Source of the DNA: Squalus acanthias
Lineage: Eukaryota
NCBI GenBank assembly: GCA_030390025.1
Contig: CM059431.1
Location: 115,012,001-115,076,000 of the forward strand
Direction of reading: 5' to 3'
DNA length: 64,000 nucleotides
Part shown: positions 49,797 to 62,789 of the stretch, in pieces
How the letters are laid out: each line of letters starts with the position of its first letter
Numbering within the stretch: position 1 is the stretch's first letter
Notes under the pieces: model-generated
The model's input: the letters and a program-made list of their open reading frames with translations, nothing else
Databases searched by the model: none
What the model was told of the DNA's origin: nothing
Program-made: the position numbers and the translations under genes

Positions 49797-50538
49797 GGCC
49801 CCAAAATTAGATCTAATACGCGAGAGTACGCACTGTGTACTCTCGCGTTTTAGGTCTCCAATTGCCGGTTTCCTGCATGCACTGCGCATGCGCGGGAAAC
49901 CGGCACTTGGTGAACTCAAAAGGGGGCGGTTCCTAAGTGAACCGCGTGCGCACTACAGGCTGCACGCACGCAGTGCACTTAGTGCTTTGAACGCGCAGGT
50001 AAGCATGGAAGATTTTACACAAAGAAAGGAGGCGTAAGACCCTCTTTTAACAAGGTAAGTAGTTAATTAAGTATTATTTTAAATTTTTTTCAACAGGTTT
50101 ATCTTTTTTAGAGACTTTAAAGAAAGGTAAGTTTATTTTTATAACTTTTAAAAAGATTTTAAATTTTTTCAAAAATTTAATTTTTTGTTTAAAGTGGTTA
50201 ATTTATTTAACTATACTTATTTTATTAATGTGATGGCTTTTAAAAAAAATTAATTGAGGTTTAGCTGTTCTTTTGGGGGTGTGTAGGATTCATAGCTTTG
50301 ACAGCCCTTGCTGTTAAAACTATGAATGAAAGATGGTGTGCTGCCATTGGCTCTAACTGAATCACGTGATCCCAGAGCTCGCATGAACTAATTGCATCTC
50401 TGGGTCACGCAAGCACTGCACAGCTGCAGCCTTGAAACTAAAGTTCGTGTGGGCCCGGAGGAAAAAGGTAGGCGCGGAGTGAGATATCGCGGGGAAGCCT
50501 TACCCCCGCGTGAACACTCAGTGTTTAATTTCTGGGCC
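49797..50538. mobile_element. Harbinger-type MITE with internal palindromes (paralog of 20111-20870)
   Basis: GGCCCCAAAATTA...TAATTTCTGGGCC with att TSD on both sides. Confidence 0.85.
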
Positions 50539-52215
50539 ATTATAAATACCAGAATCTACTACAGTCTACTGTTAATTCAAAGTCATTTTTTGCTGAAAAA
50601 ATGTATTATCCACTGGTCTAAATTAAACAATTGAGACAAGCCTTCAAGGTAAGAACATCCAATGTGTCAACAAGGTATTCACCAGGCCTGAGTCCATAGA
50701 TTAAAGATAATAGAATATTGAAAGATCCCTCTTTGATTTCAATGAGGTGTTACACTCCAGCAAGCTCCTTTCATTGAAATGCAACTTTTTACTCTCACCT
50801 GATTGTTGCTATTACTGAGCCTCATTTTTCTATTCTAACCAGTTCACTACAACTTCTGAGAGTCCTCCTATTCCCACAAGTACTTTGGTATTGCTGAGGC
50901 CATGTCACATTCCCAGCAGACCAATTATCTAACGTGAAGTGCAGCTTCCTGTTCCCGTGAGCTAATATTGCTCAAGACTCCATTTGTAATTCAGTTAAAT
51001 GAGAAATGGTGGCCATTATAACATGTGCTTGCAGTTATTTATTCAGAGTGGCATTAACCATCGCTGTTAGCGGCTAATTCTGAAATAAAGCTATTCAAAG
51101 TGTAGTGGGGTTTGGTGATACTAACTTTAGTAAGCTACAGTTAGACTGTAAGACTGCAGAAGTGATTGAACACTGAAGGTAAAAAATTGAATTTGTTCCT
51201 GGATTACACAGTTGGTTTTAATTACTCAAACTATTTAATTATGCAACCATCTGTAGATGTCTGTACAGATATTGAATATCATGGCATAAGGAAAACCCCA
51301 AAATAAACTCTCAAGCGCATTACCCACTCAACTGTAATTAGGACCCAAAAGAGCTTGGTGGCCCCAGGTTAACAAAATATTATTTGGGGTATTAAATCTA
51401 AAAGGTTGGAAGTTCAGCTGGCTAATAATTTTAGTGCTTGAAGATCTATGAATGAGTGAAGAGTGCTGAATAAATGTGACAAGATTCAGGAAACATCACC
51501 GTAGAAAAGAACAAGCCGCAAGCTCAGATTTTATGTACAGGAAAATGGGAAAATAGAAACCGGTTTTAGGAATAGAATCATGAGACGACCTGCATAAAAT
51601 GAGTTAAGCCATGATAAAGATTTTGTGACAGATTTGTATCGTTTTGTTGAGGGTAAGCTCCCTCCCACTATTTTGCTCTGAGTTATTCTCCTCTGGTCTA
51701 CCTGGACCATGTACCAACTGCAGATAACAAAAAGCCAGGCAACCATCTACTTAAATCACTGTACTTACCCTTACATTGGAGGACTAATGTCTGAGTAAGC
51801 ACGCACTTTGATTGTAGTTAGTCGGGATATCCATTGTTCTCTATTAAACTGCCACCAGGTTTCTGAAAATCTTATCTGGTTGGATGGTTTCAAATAGTCA
51901 GAACTCGTTGTTTGGCAGCATCTTTTGAAGGTTTTTTTTACTGCCGGGTTCGGCCATCACTCGATACAATGGCTTTTGGTCTTACATTGGTACCTGTTAG
52001 TGCTACTGAATAATTATTTAGTATTTACGTGCTGATAGTCCTGGTGGTGATAGTGATCACTTGCTGACTTCAATGGATGACAATTTGAAGTGTTTTCATT
52101 ATTTTGATTCTCTTCTATAGGTGCTATCTCTCACTTGGGTGTAGTTCCTTGGTTGCTGTCACCCTTTAGTACCTTACCCAAGTGGCCTACTTTCATGTGT
52201 GAGCCTAGACAGCAA

Positions 52216-52310
52216 GGGCTGGATTTTACCAGCCCTGAGGAGGTGGGTCTGGAGGCGGGACTGCTGGGAAAATCAAAAAAAAATGGGAGCGGGTCCCGAA
52301 CCACCTTCCT
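52216..52310. mobile_element. Harbinger left-terminus fragment
   Basis: GGGCTGGATTTTACCAGCCCTGAGGAGGTGGGTCTGGAGGCGGG resembles the termini at 54/899 and 30171. Confidence 0.6.
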
Positions 52311-52629
52311 GGATGAGATCAGACTGGGGATTCAACTTGGGACATACCTAGTGTGCATAGTTTAATTCCATGCTAGGAATATATATACCAAACTGAGCTG
52401 TCTTCTCCAACATCACATGCTTATGCATGAACTATATTATAAAATATAATCCTTAATGTCAAAGTAAATGTGTGTGTGTGTGTTTGCGTGCGTGTGTGCT
52501 TCAGAATCATCCACATTATGCTAATATAAGATTGTACAGACAGTTGATAATAACTTGAAAATTAAGGATGCACCACGCAACTGCAGGACATTTACTAAAC
52601 CTACGGAGTAGCTCAAAGTATAAATTTAC

Positions 52630-53025
52630 ACCCATTTTCCAGGGACAGTTCTCGAATGAGGTACTGTGACCCCAGGCAAACAATGTCCCCAGAAGAGTCC
52701 CCGGTTCCCAAAAACCATGAATAGACTAAAGCCATAGTCATTGAATATATGCATATCATACTGTTAGACATAATCACAGGTTCCGGTCAATGGACTGAAC
52801 AGTGTTATTGTATTATTTATAAACGGTGTCTGAATGCACTTCAATAGTGCGACGTCACATCCGCGGTAATTTTTACACATTTGTTTTGCATTTGTAGTGT
52901 ATATTTGCAACTGTTAAAAAATTTGCCTCGCTGCGCTGCGCAACCTCCATTTTCCGTTCTGGCTACTCTGCTGTGCTCCCACCCTCTGTGCCCCCGGATC
53001 AGGTTTAGAAAATATGGTCACCCTA
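52630..53025. mobile_element. Possible hAT-Blackjack (MER81/MER94-like) DNA transposon relic
   Basis: Right end ATATGGTCACCCTA is the reverse complement of TAGGGTGACCAT, a Blackjack-type TIR. gggaca/tgtccc subterminal motifs. Left TIR not seen. Confidence 0.45.
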
Positions 53026-54469
53026 TTTGAAACAACATTCAAATACTGCACCGTACTAAATAAATGCTAAGCAAATATTTGCCAAATTTTGGACAATTTC
53101 ATTTAATCTCCAGTGAAAACATAGAAAAAGTTTTCAAAAGTCCTAAATGACTGTTCTCCATGTGCATAGTTTTTATTAGCACTTAGTCAATGAAGCATGT
53201 ATGTGACTTTTGATATATTACAGTCCACTCACCTTGCTGGTTGTAGTCACTTACATACCAAATCCTATAATTTCTCATTCAGGCAGTCATGGTTCCCACA
53301 GATTCCTTATGTACGGGTCATCAACTAAGACATTGCTTCCTGTCAGCTGCTCTCTGGTCTAACAAAAAAAGAGGTTTTACCACAGAGTACACCTAACTCC
53401 GTTTAAAATCTTAAGCTGCACAACTTCTATGTTAGACACTGAAACAACTGTCTCCTCATTAACTTTACACCCCAGTTTGTTCTTAAGATTGCGTGCACTG
53501 AGTTTGGTCACTATGTCCTTGATTATAAACCCCAAACCTCAGGAAACAAACTCAGTTTTCACTTGAAGCTTAATTGTCGCAATATGGACTCCACTCTGGA
53601 GCAAACGCTGAAGTGCAAACTCTTGTAGCAGCACAACAAGGCATATCTCTTGTGGGTTTCTTGATGGTATGACATGAGTAACAGTACACTATAAACAGAC
53701 CTTAGTCTCCCCAGCCAATCTGCGTTGCACATTTCAAAGCCATGGGCACAAAGTTGATGTCACTGTAATAGCTATCCTTGCTCAATGCAGTTCCAGCTGG
53801 ATTCAAAAGGCTCTAACATCTGCATCGAAGTAAATGCTGTTAACTTCTGAACAATAGTCAGAAAAAATACATACTGGATATTAAGAGGCATTCCCACCCA
53901 AGTGATTCCAATGGTTTTGAGAAAAAGAAAACACGCTTCCAGTGGGCGCTCTCTATGTGTGAAAGCCAGTCCAAGTTCAAAACGTAAGTCAGGTTCAGTG
54001 ACTCCACACAGGAGGCCCAAACCCTATTTCTACTCATTCTAGTTATATTTCAGACCCTTCACACATTCCTTTCAAGGTTTCTCTCTCACTTCACTCCACT
54101 GTGAGGTTGTGAATCGTACAGGAACTCTTTTCTCCAATAATTACAGCACTAACAATTCTACATTTTGTCCACCGACCCCCAAGCCCAGTTTGGATGCTTT
54201 GTACTCAGACGGGTTTAGAATATGAAAAGCCATCCACAGCCTGCAGGCAGAATTTTTTCAGACATATGCTGTCGGCAACCATACCACAAGGATTAAGACT
54301 GCTGCACTATTGGCAACGGTGACATGTGGGATGGCCTCCAACTAGCTCACTCTCTGCCGTATGGTAGTCTCTGCCTAAATCTTGACTGCAGCGATTGCCT
54401 CAAATGCTAATTTTCCCATGTGCTTCTGTTATAAAGTTTTCCTCTTATTTTTACTGACCACAGGAGTAA

Positions 54470-55108
54470 CACCGTAACATCACCCATTTCCGCCCTTGCC
54501 TCAGCTCATCCACTGCTGAAACCCTCATCCATGCCTTTGTTACCTCTAGACTTGACTATTCCAATGCACTCCTGGCTGGCCTCCCACATTCTACCCCCAT
54601 AAACTTGGTGCGTCCTAACTCGCACCAAGTCCCGTTCACCCATCACCCCTCTGCTCGCTGACCAACATTGGCTCCCGGTTAAGCAATGCCTCGATTTCAA
54701 AATTCTCATCCTTGTTTTCAAATCCCTCCATGGCCTCGCCCCTTCCTATCTCTGTAATCTCCTCCAGCCCCACAACCCCCCCGAGATATTTGCGCTCCTC
54801 TAATTCTGCCCTCTTGAGCATCCCTGATTATAATCGCTCAACCATTGGTGGCCGTGCCTTCTGTTGCCTAGGCCCTAAGCTCTGGAATTCCCTGCCTAAA
54901 CCTCTCCGCCTCTTTACCTCTCTCTCCTCTTTTAAGACACTCCTTAAAACCTACCTCTTTGACCAAACTTTTGGTCACCTGCCCTAATTTCTCCTTATGT
55001 GGCTCGGTGTCAATTTTTTTTTTGTCTTATAATACTCCTGTGAAGCGCCTTGGGACGTTTTACTACGTTAAAGGCGCTATATAAATACAAGTTGTTGTTG
55101 TTGTTGTT
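54470..55108 (+). mobile_element. L2 LINE 3' fragment
   Basis: Paralog of 24670-25310: ..RYLRSSNSALLSIP..STIGGRAF..GPKLWNSLP..FKTLLKTYLF, with a (ttg)n tail. Confidence 0.92.
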
Positions 55109-55207
55109 GAGTACTTAAAGGAGCATAAGGCTCTTTTGATGACCTATTGGTGTAGTACAAAGGCATGCAAAGCAGAAGGTGTTCTGTTTGACCCTGAACT
55201 GAGCTGC

Positions 55208-55617
55208 TAACCCCATATCCTCTCCATCACCAAATCCCTCTACTTCCAGCTCCATAATATCGCCCGTCTCCGCCCCTGCCTCAGCCCACCTGCTGCTGAA
55301 ATCCTCATCCAGACATGACTATGCCAACGCTCTCCTGGCCAGCCTCCCATTTTCCACCCTCCATAAATTGAGCTCATCCAAAACTCCGCTGCTCATATGG
55401 TAACCTCTCTGTCCCTCCACCTCACTCTCCTCCTTTAAAATGTTCCTTAAACCCGAGCTACCTACCAAGCTTTTAATCACCCATCCTAATATCTCTTTCT
55501 TACCCTCACCCTAACCCTAAATGCAGGCACCAATATTTTTCTGATAACGCTCTTGTGAAGAACCTTGGGATGTTTTACGATGTTAAAGGTGCTATATAAA
55601 TGCAAGTTGTTGTTGTT
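55208..55617 (+). mobile_element. Degraded, internally deleted L2 3' fragment
   Basis: atcgcccgtctccgcccctgcctcagc..gctgctgaaatcctcatcc..aaaggtgctatataaatgcaagttgttgttg. Confidence 0.75.
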
Positions 55618-57160
55618 AAGGTCCATCTGACTGGTTCCAATATCTAGGAAATATCTGGCGATCATTTTTTGCCAGGTACTTATCCAACAGTCTCTCCCTC
55701 TCAGCCCCCCAATGCCTCTCTCTAGTCTGTTCCACACATGCATCACCTGTTGTGTAAAATAATTACTTTTGAACTGTCTTTTCACCTTCCTTCTCTAAGT
55801 TTGAAGCTATGGCCTTTTTTTTTTGCAAGGTCAGGCTGTTACCTGAGTTAGTCAGGCAGAAAGGCGGGCAGGATGGATTGAAAACAAATGGCAAAGTAAG
55901 GGTCAGAAGTGAGAAGAGATCACAGACTGTGGGCAAGTACCAACAGCAGCCAGAAGATACTGGAAAAAGTGGAAACGCAAGCACATAAAATAGATCGTCA
56001 CAAGCAACTGCAACCAGAAGACTACAGCTTCTTTCAGAGATTCACAGTAGTGAGCAGATATATGACATCTGTAACAGGAGCGAAACCAAGAGATCGTGTA
56101 AATTCTCTCATTTCTTTGATCAGTTGTTGGATTTGATTTTGGGGTCACGGACCCCCATTACACATTCACAAACAAGTGGCTGCTTTTGCAGGGACTAGGC
56201 CACATCAAAACAAACAATCTGACAGAACAGTGATATGGATCCCCGCTGGAGTCAAACCTGCAGTTTCAGAATCTTGTAGTTGGATATAAGAAATCTGAAC
56301 CAAGTCAAGTCAAAGTGAACCAACTGAAAGTTAAATCCTAGAATGAATGCCTATAGGGGACGTGTACAGTATATCCTTTCTTTTGAAAGTTGGCATTCAA
56401 TAGAGTTAAAGTCAATGCAACTGAGGTAACTGACGGTATAAAGGATAGACAGAATCCCCTGCAGGTTTGGTATTCATCAACCTGCCGATCATCAAGACTG
56501 CTATAATCAATTATACGCTCCAGCCATCTCACAGTGCACATATTTGTTTAGTGTGAAGCACCCACCTGGTGTATTGCAGTGCAGTATTCGATATGATAAT
56601 ATTAGTGTAATATATCACATTATAAACTAATTTCATATTCTACTTTACAGATTTAATCAAAATGATTTCTTTTCAGTAGTGTAATGGGATTTTATACGAT
56701 ACTCTCTTTTTTTAATTGGGAGTTTTATTTCCAAGCCACCTTATCCCCATTCGTCAGTCCACTATCATTCACACCTCCGCTACAAAGCAGCAGGTGGGTG
56801 ACCTCAGCCGACCCTTTTGCAAAGCTCCCCATGGCCAGTGATAGAAGATATAATTCACCACCAAGGTTGGATGGTCCTATCCAAAGTTCCTTCCCCACTG
56901 TCAGGGAAAGTGGCATTCTCTGCTTAACATCTTAGTTTCGGATCAGGCACTGAGAAGAGGGGTGGGGGGCAGAACCTGTGTCCTTGCAGTCTGTGGCACT
57001 GACTGTTGGTGCTCCACTGCTTGGCGCCACTATTCCTCTCTGGAATAGGCATTTTTCTTTATACACATAGCTCCAAAACATTGGTTTTGATAGGATTTAA
57101 GCTGCATTATTTCACCGTAAGTGGCATCAAATATTCTTTTTACTTTTCTAAATTGTTAAT

Positions 57161-58010
57161 GGCCCATAATTTGATGTCAAAATAACAGCGAAGCTAATAG
57201 CGCTTGCCTTTATTTTTGCGCAAAATGCTACAGCAACTTCAGGTGAGGGGCTGAAGCGCGATTAAACGTGGAAATTCAAAAGTTGCTCTCTGAGATGCCA
57301 TTGGCTTCACGAAAATGGCATCTCGCTGTCTGACTGATCATAGGAATGCATTGAGAGGCGTGAATGTATTTGCGTGGTAGATACGAACTAAACTCACCAC
57401 AGTAAGTTAGAGCTGGTCCGAAGTGATGCAAGGAGGTTATTTTGGAGCCATTTAAGATCCGTGCATATTTAATTAAGCCTGAATTAGCTGCCAGGGATTA
57501 TTTTAACAATGTGCTAATCGTTCATTACTGTCAATGAACCTCTATGGCACCAAAAACTAACAATTACACGCGTGGCGTCTCATTCCTTCAGGTTTTAATT
57601 GTTGTTGGATATTTTAAAAATGTGAAATTTAAAATTTCTTTTTTTTTACTTTTCCTTTTTTTGTCTCTTTTCTCTCTCTCTTACTCTACTCTTTCTTTCC
57701 CTCTCTTCATTTCTCTTTCTGTACCTGATTTGGCATTGAATTCATCCACTCTAATTTACACTTCCTCCTCAGTCCTTGCACTGTCAATTTCACATTCCTT
57801 CAATCTGATTGGTTAAGGAGATACCCTGTTGCTTGCCCTCTTCACTCAGGTCCCTGATGTCCTATTTCCCTCGCTGCGAAGTTATCAGCTCGCACTTTCA
57901 GAAACTTGCGCCGCAAAAACATCATAAAGATTAAACGGACAAGGGCAAGTCTAACTAACAGCAGGAGAGGGGGCCAGGGTTAGATTCACTCCTGCAGCAA
58001 AGTATGGCCC
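57161..58010. mobile_element. Harbinger-like MITE
   Basis: GGCCCATAATTTGATG...CAGCAAAGTATGGCCC imperfect TIRs with flanks aat/aaa. Confidence 0.65.
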
Positions 58011-58685
58011 AAAATCTCAATTTTAATACAGCGACGTGTAGCAGCCTACCAATATTATAAGGATTGTGATTTATAGTTGTACGATTAGATTTCTGTATGT
58101 TTTTGAAATATTTCAAGATCACTATTTTTCCCAAAAGCCACTTACATTCTGTTCCTGGTCGGTAATATTGTATTTAACACTGTGTTCTCTTTTCGTTCAA
58201 AAACTTAATTACTGCAGTTATTTTTATGCAATAAATATGATCACGTTATACTTAGCGCTCTTTATCTTTGCTTGGAGTAAACCTCAATAAAATTTTAATC
58301 TAAAAAAAAAAAATGTGTGAATTAGAAACAAAAATTCAACGCCAAGCATGTAAAGTTATTTTGCTTTGGTTTTTTGCAGCTGGTGTTTTTTTCATTGTTG
58401 TCTTCAGGCGATTTCCTGTTGCCATAGTTGATGGCCTGCCAGCGCCTGCCTTTCAAGTGTCAGCACTCAAAAGTCTGCTGTAATGGTCAAATGCACGTTA
58501 ATGAGATATAGCAGCTGGCTAGAGCTGAACCACTGTGCTGCAGAAAGGAATGCTGCTGCTGCTGCAGGAAGCAATGGTTTTCAATTGCTCGCAAAGTCGG
58601 TAGTTACACTCATAGTCAACCCTGACCCCCCTCTCCCTAACAAAAAAATCTAATATAAAGAATGGAAAAACATCATAAAAATATA

Positions 58686-59145
58686 AAGAAAGAAAGACTT
58701 GCATTTCTATAGTGCCTTTCACGACCACCGGACGTTTCAAAGCGCACTACAGCCAATGAAGTACTTTTGGGGTGGAGTCACTGTTGTAATGTGGGAAACG
58801 CGGCAGCCAATTTGCACACAGCAAGCTCCCACAAACACCACTGTGATAATGACCAGATCATCTGTTTTTTTGGTTGAGGGATAAATATTGGCCAGGACAC
58901 CGGGGATAACTCCCCTGCTCTTCTTCGAAATAGTGCCACGGGATCTTTCACATCCACCTGAGAGAGCAGACGGGACCTCGGTTTAACGTCTCATCCGAAA
59001 GACGGCACCTCAGACAGTGCAGCACTCCCTCAGCACTGCACTGGAGTGTCAACCTAGCTTTATGTGCCCAAGTCCCTGGAGGGGGACTATGAACCCACAA
59101 CCTTCTGACGCAGAGGCGAGAGTGCTACCCACTGAGCCACAGCTG
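58686..59145 (-). mobile_element. Full-length SacSINE1/DeuSINE-like tRNA SINE
   Basis: Near-identical organisation to 27267-27732. Confidence 0.92.
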
Positions 59146-59500
59146 TTTTCTCCTTGTTGATGTCCTTTCTATGGCTCACAGCATTGCAAGTTTGAATCTA
59201 AAGAGTAGACATGATTCTGAAATGACAGCGGCTCTGAACTAAGGAATACAAATTGTTAACAACGCTCCATGTTGATCTGTTGTTGTATCTACTCTGTCTC
59301 CTGTGCTGTGTTGTGTCTGTTAGCTGCCCTTGGGCAGGAAACCATTGTAAACAAGAATTGAAGCTTAACTTGGATATCCTGTATAAATATCTTTAATAAA
59401 TAAATCAAACTGATGTTAACAGTACATAAAAATAACAAACTGAAGCTGCATGGTTCAAGTAGTATGCTGATTGCCCATCGACAGAAGGTTGAAAGTTCAA

Positions 59501-60223
59501 GGGGGAGAAATTGGGTGCCTTTGTGCCTCTCGGGGGCGCTAACGGGATGCAAATGGTTTTGCGACCGGGCGCAGCACTGACATCGACTCCCGCCATATTT
59601 GGCAGGAGTTTTGTGGTGGCGCTATGGCGTTGTGCCCCGATCTCCTTCGCCTAGAGATTGTGACGTCATCGCCTTGCGCATCGCCCCGGTAGCGCCCCGG
59701 ACCCGAAATTGATTTCAGTCCCCTGCAGCAGCGCCAGTCAAAAACACCGACAGCTGCAGGAGGCGTGCATTGGGCGGCCAGCCGCTTCGGGGGTGATAAT
59801 TAAAGGCGAAGTGGCCGAGGTAAGTAAAAAAAATTAATTACCTTTCCTGTTGGTGTTTTTCTCGCGGTTTCCTGTCTGCGATCGATCAGCCCAGCACTCT
59901 GCTTGAATGCCGGGCTGATCATGCTGGATCACGGCTGCCTTGGTGGTCCAGGTCGGTCATTTTTCTATTGCAGAGCCTGCAGCGATGGCCCTTCCCTTTA
60001 AGGGAGGTAAGGAGCCTTTGAACACGGCAGCGCTGCACGGCCCAGTGTGCAGCGCTGTTGAAGTCTCCGCCCAGATATTCGGGGTTAGCGCTCTGCGCTC
60101 CACCTCCCTCTTGGGGCGCTAAAACCGAATTTTGCAGTCGCCGGCGCTAATTAACGCCAGGCGCTAAAGTTTGCACCCAGGCGATGTTAACACCCCAAAA
60201 TGGTCAATACCAAATTTCCCCCC
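59501..60223. mobile_element. Harbinger/Tourist-type MITE, CpG-rich
   Basis: GGGGGAGAAATT...AATTTCCCCCC with a caa (or aag) 3-bp duplication. GGGGCGCTA repeats shared with 45280 and 61708. Confidence 0.82.
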
Positions 60224-61707
60224 CAAGTTTTGGGATTGCTTGTCACTGAAATTTCCTCAGTTCTCAGCTAGGCTGCTGAATAGAAGAGTTTCATGTGAGC
60301 AGGTGGAAAAGACTGATGATGTTCCTGTCACGCTGTTTGGAATCCTGCCTCCTGCTGACTGATGATAGAAAAGCTGCATGCAATCCCCAAGAAAAAGAAC
60401 TTGCATTTATTTATATTGCGCCATGTGCATGCTCAGAATGCGTCAAAGAATAAATTTCCTGAAGTGTGGCCACTGTTACGTAAGCAAACGTGACAGCCAA
60501 ATTGCGCACATTAGTGGAGGAAAAATCCACCAATCTCTGTTCAAGTCCTGGCATGGAGTTTGGACAAACGACAAGCTTCTGATTAACAGGCAGGAGTGCT
60601 ACCAACTGAGGCAAACTAACACTTATCTGGGAGTCGCCAAAAGCTCGCTGCAATTTTTATTCAACTTCCGAAATGTGTCTTAACAGGTTGTCATCTTACT
60701 ACTTAAAGATAAAAATTTTATCATAGGCTAGGAAACCGAAACAACAATTTGGAAAAACTGAATGAATTTCTTTACGCCTCATGGCACGAGCCTAAATAAT
60801 GGTTGGTATGGAGGTTAGTAGCCTAACTTAAAAACTCAACAGTACATTGTTCATTGCCTTAGTGTGTGGCTTAGCTGCTCAAACATGCTTTCAGCGAAAG
60901 CAGTTGAACTGTTTTTTTTGGGGGGGGGAGGGGGATGTAGGCAACTGTTTGCACTATTTCAAAAAGCAGTGTGATTGCCCAGAAAGTGTACCATTTTTAC
61001 TACATTTTATTGGGATTCGTCAGAATATTTAATGTGCTATGAAAGTGTGTCCAGTTTCTTCGAGGCTACACCACTGTACTCGCTATGCAGAGACAGTAAA
61101 AGGATCCCATTGTTTACATGCTTGCTTTGCTAGTGTTAGGGGAGCCAACAATTAATTTAGTCTAGCCTAAACATGTTATATGTTCACAACCCCCCCACAC
61201 AAACACACACACACCAGAATATCACACAGGATTTTATTGAATAGTATTGACACCAAATGGTTGGCCTAGGCTCAAGAAATGAACGTTAATGTTGAAACCA
61301 GAAAAGTCTATTTCATTTTATATGAGTGCATGACCGTATCAAAACATTTCAGTAGACATAACTTAAATCTTAGCTTCAGTTTACCACGCGCACACACAAA
61401 TGAACCCTTCAAACTGCCAATGGATCAGAACCTAAAAGTTTTTTTTCTCTGTGTAGCTATTTTTTCTCAATTGAATTGGGAATTGTGACAGACTCTTGGA
61501 TCCCATCTCATTGTCCTTCAGTTGACTATGTACCTGGAGATGTATGTGACATTTACTCGGAGAGATCAATGCAGCAATATGCCAACTGGCATTAATTTTT
61601 ACACTGACTTACTGCCATGTAGAAAATGGCAGACTAAGCATTAAGGCTACTTTGGTCAGTATTAATGTCTTCTTGCCAATTTGAAGATTAATTTAATAAG
61701 AGAATAA

Positions 61708-62483
61708 GGGCTAAAAATTGAGTAGCGCCCCATTTGGGGCGCTAACTTCACCGGGGCGCTACTTTTAGCGCCCCGGAAAAATTAACACCCCCGCGCCGGG
61801 ACTCAAGTGGTTGCACCTCAAGAGGGAAGCGGGGCACTACTGGATTCGCGCCCCGCATCCCTCTTGGGGCGCTGCGAGTCAATATCATGGTGCTATGTGC
61901 CGCAGCGCCATGCGCTGCAGCATGTCATGCCGCAGTATTGCAGGCCTTCCTCCCCTTCTTAAAGGGGAGGGGCCTTGTGCAGCACGACCCGGGGCCCAGC
62001 TGGGCCCCTGGGGATCGGGAGTGCTGGCAAAAGAGCCCAGCACTCAAGAGAAGTGCTGGGCTCATGGAGCGCAGCCGGCACTCCGCGGGGGGGGGGCCAT
62101 TCAGGAGGCTGGGGACGGGAGCGCAGGCAGGTGTTGGCAGGCAGCCAGCAACAAAAATGGCCGCCCCGCACCTTGCCTTTAAATTGCGCCTCCCCGGCCG
62201 CAGGTAGGCCCCCCGACCCCGTCGGACATAGCGTCAGGCAGTAAGTCAGGGGGTGCTCCCAAAGATCGCGGCTGGGGCGCGAGCGGGGCACTGCACATGG
62301 CGATGACGTCATTGCCGGCGGCGCAGCGCCGCGGGGCGTTAACGGTTAGCGCCGCCACTAACCTCCCACTGAATTTCGCAGGAAGCGTGGGCGGCGTCGC
62401 GCCCGGGCACTTGTTGCTTTGCGCCCTGTTAGCACCCTCTTAGGGCGCTAACGGGAGGCGCAAAGCAACCCAATTTTTCCCCC
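61708..62483. mobile_element. Harbinger/Tourist-type MITE, CpG-rich
   Basis: GGGCTAAAAATTG...CAATTTTTCCCCC with taa TSD on both sides. Right arm nearly matches that of 45280-46172. Confidence 0.88.
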
Positions 62484-62789
62484 TAAATGTTTTACACTAG
62501 TGAAATAAAAAAACAATTCAACCATTTTTTCGGCCGCAGTTTCAATCAGCTTAAGTCACAGTGCAAATTCAAAATCATTCATGATCTAGTCTACTCACAC
62601 TAGAAGTTGGATGGGTTATGATAGCTGACTATAATCAGCACAATTTAAGTACTTTCAAAGGTTTTTCAGATGTGTCACTTGAAATGAGGGTACATACTAT
62701 CAATATTTAAACTTGTAGAGGCATTATACACTAATACTGATAAGTTTCACCTACATTTGTGTGCCTTTCTACGGGGTTCACAAACCATT

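Noticed and set aside
53233..53358. Minus-strand acceptor/donor pair
   Set aside because: All frames contain stops; no coding support.
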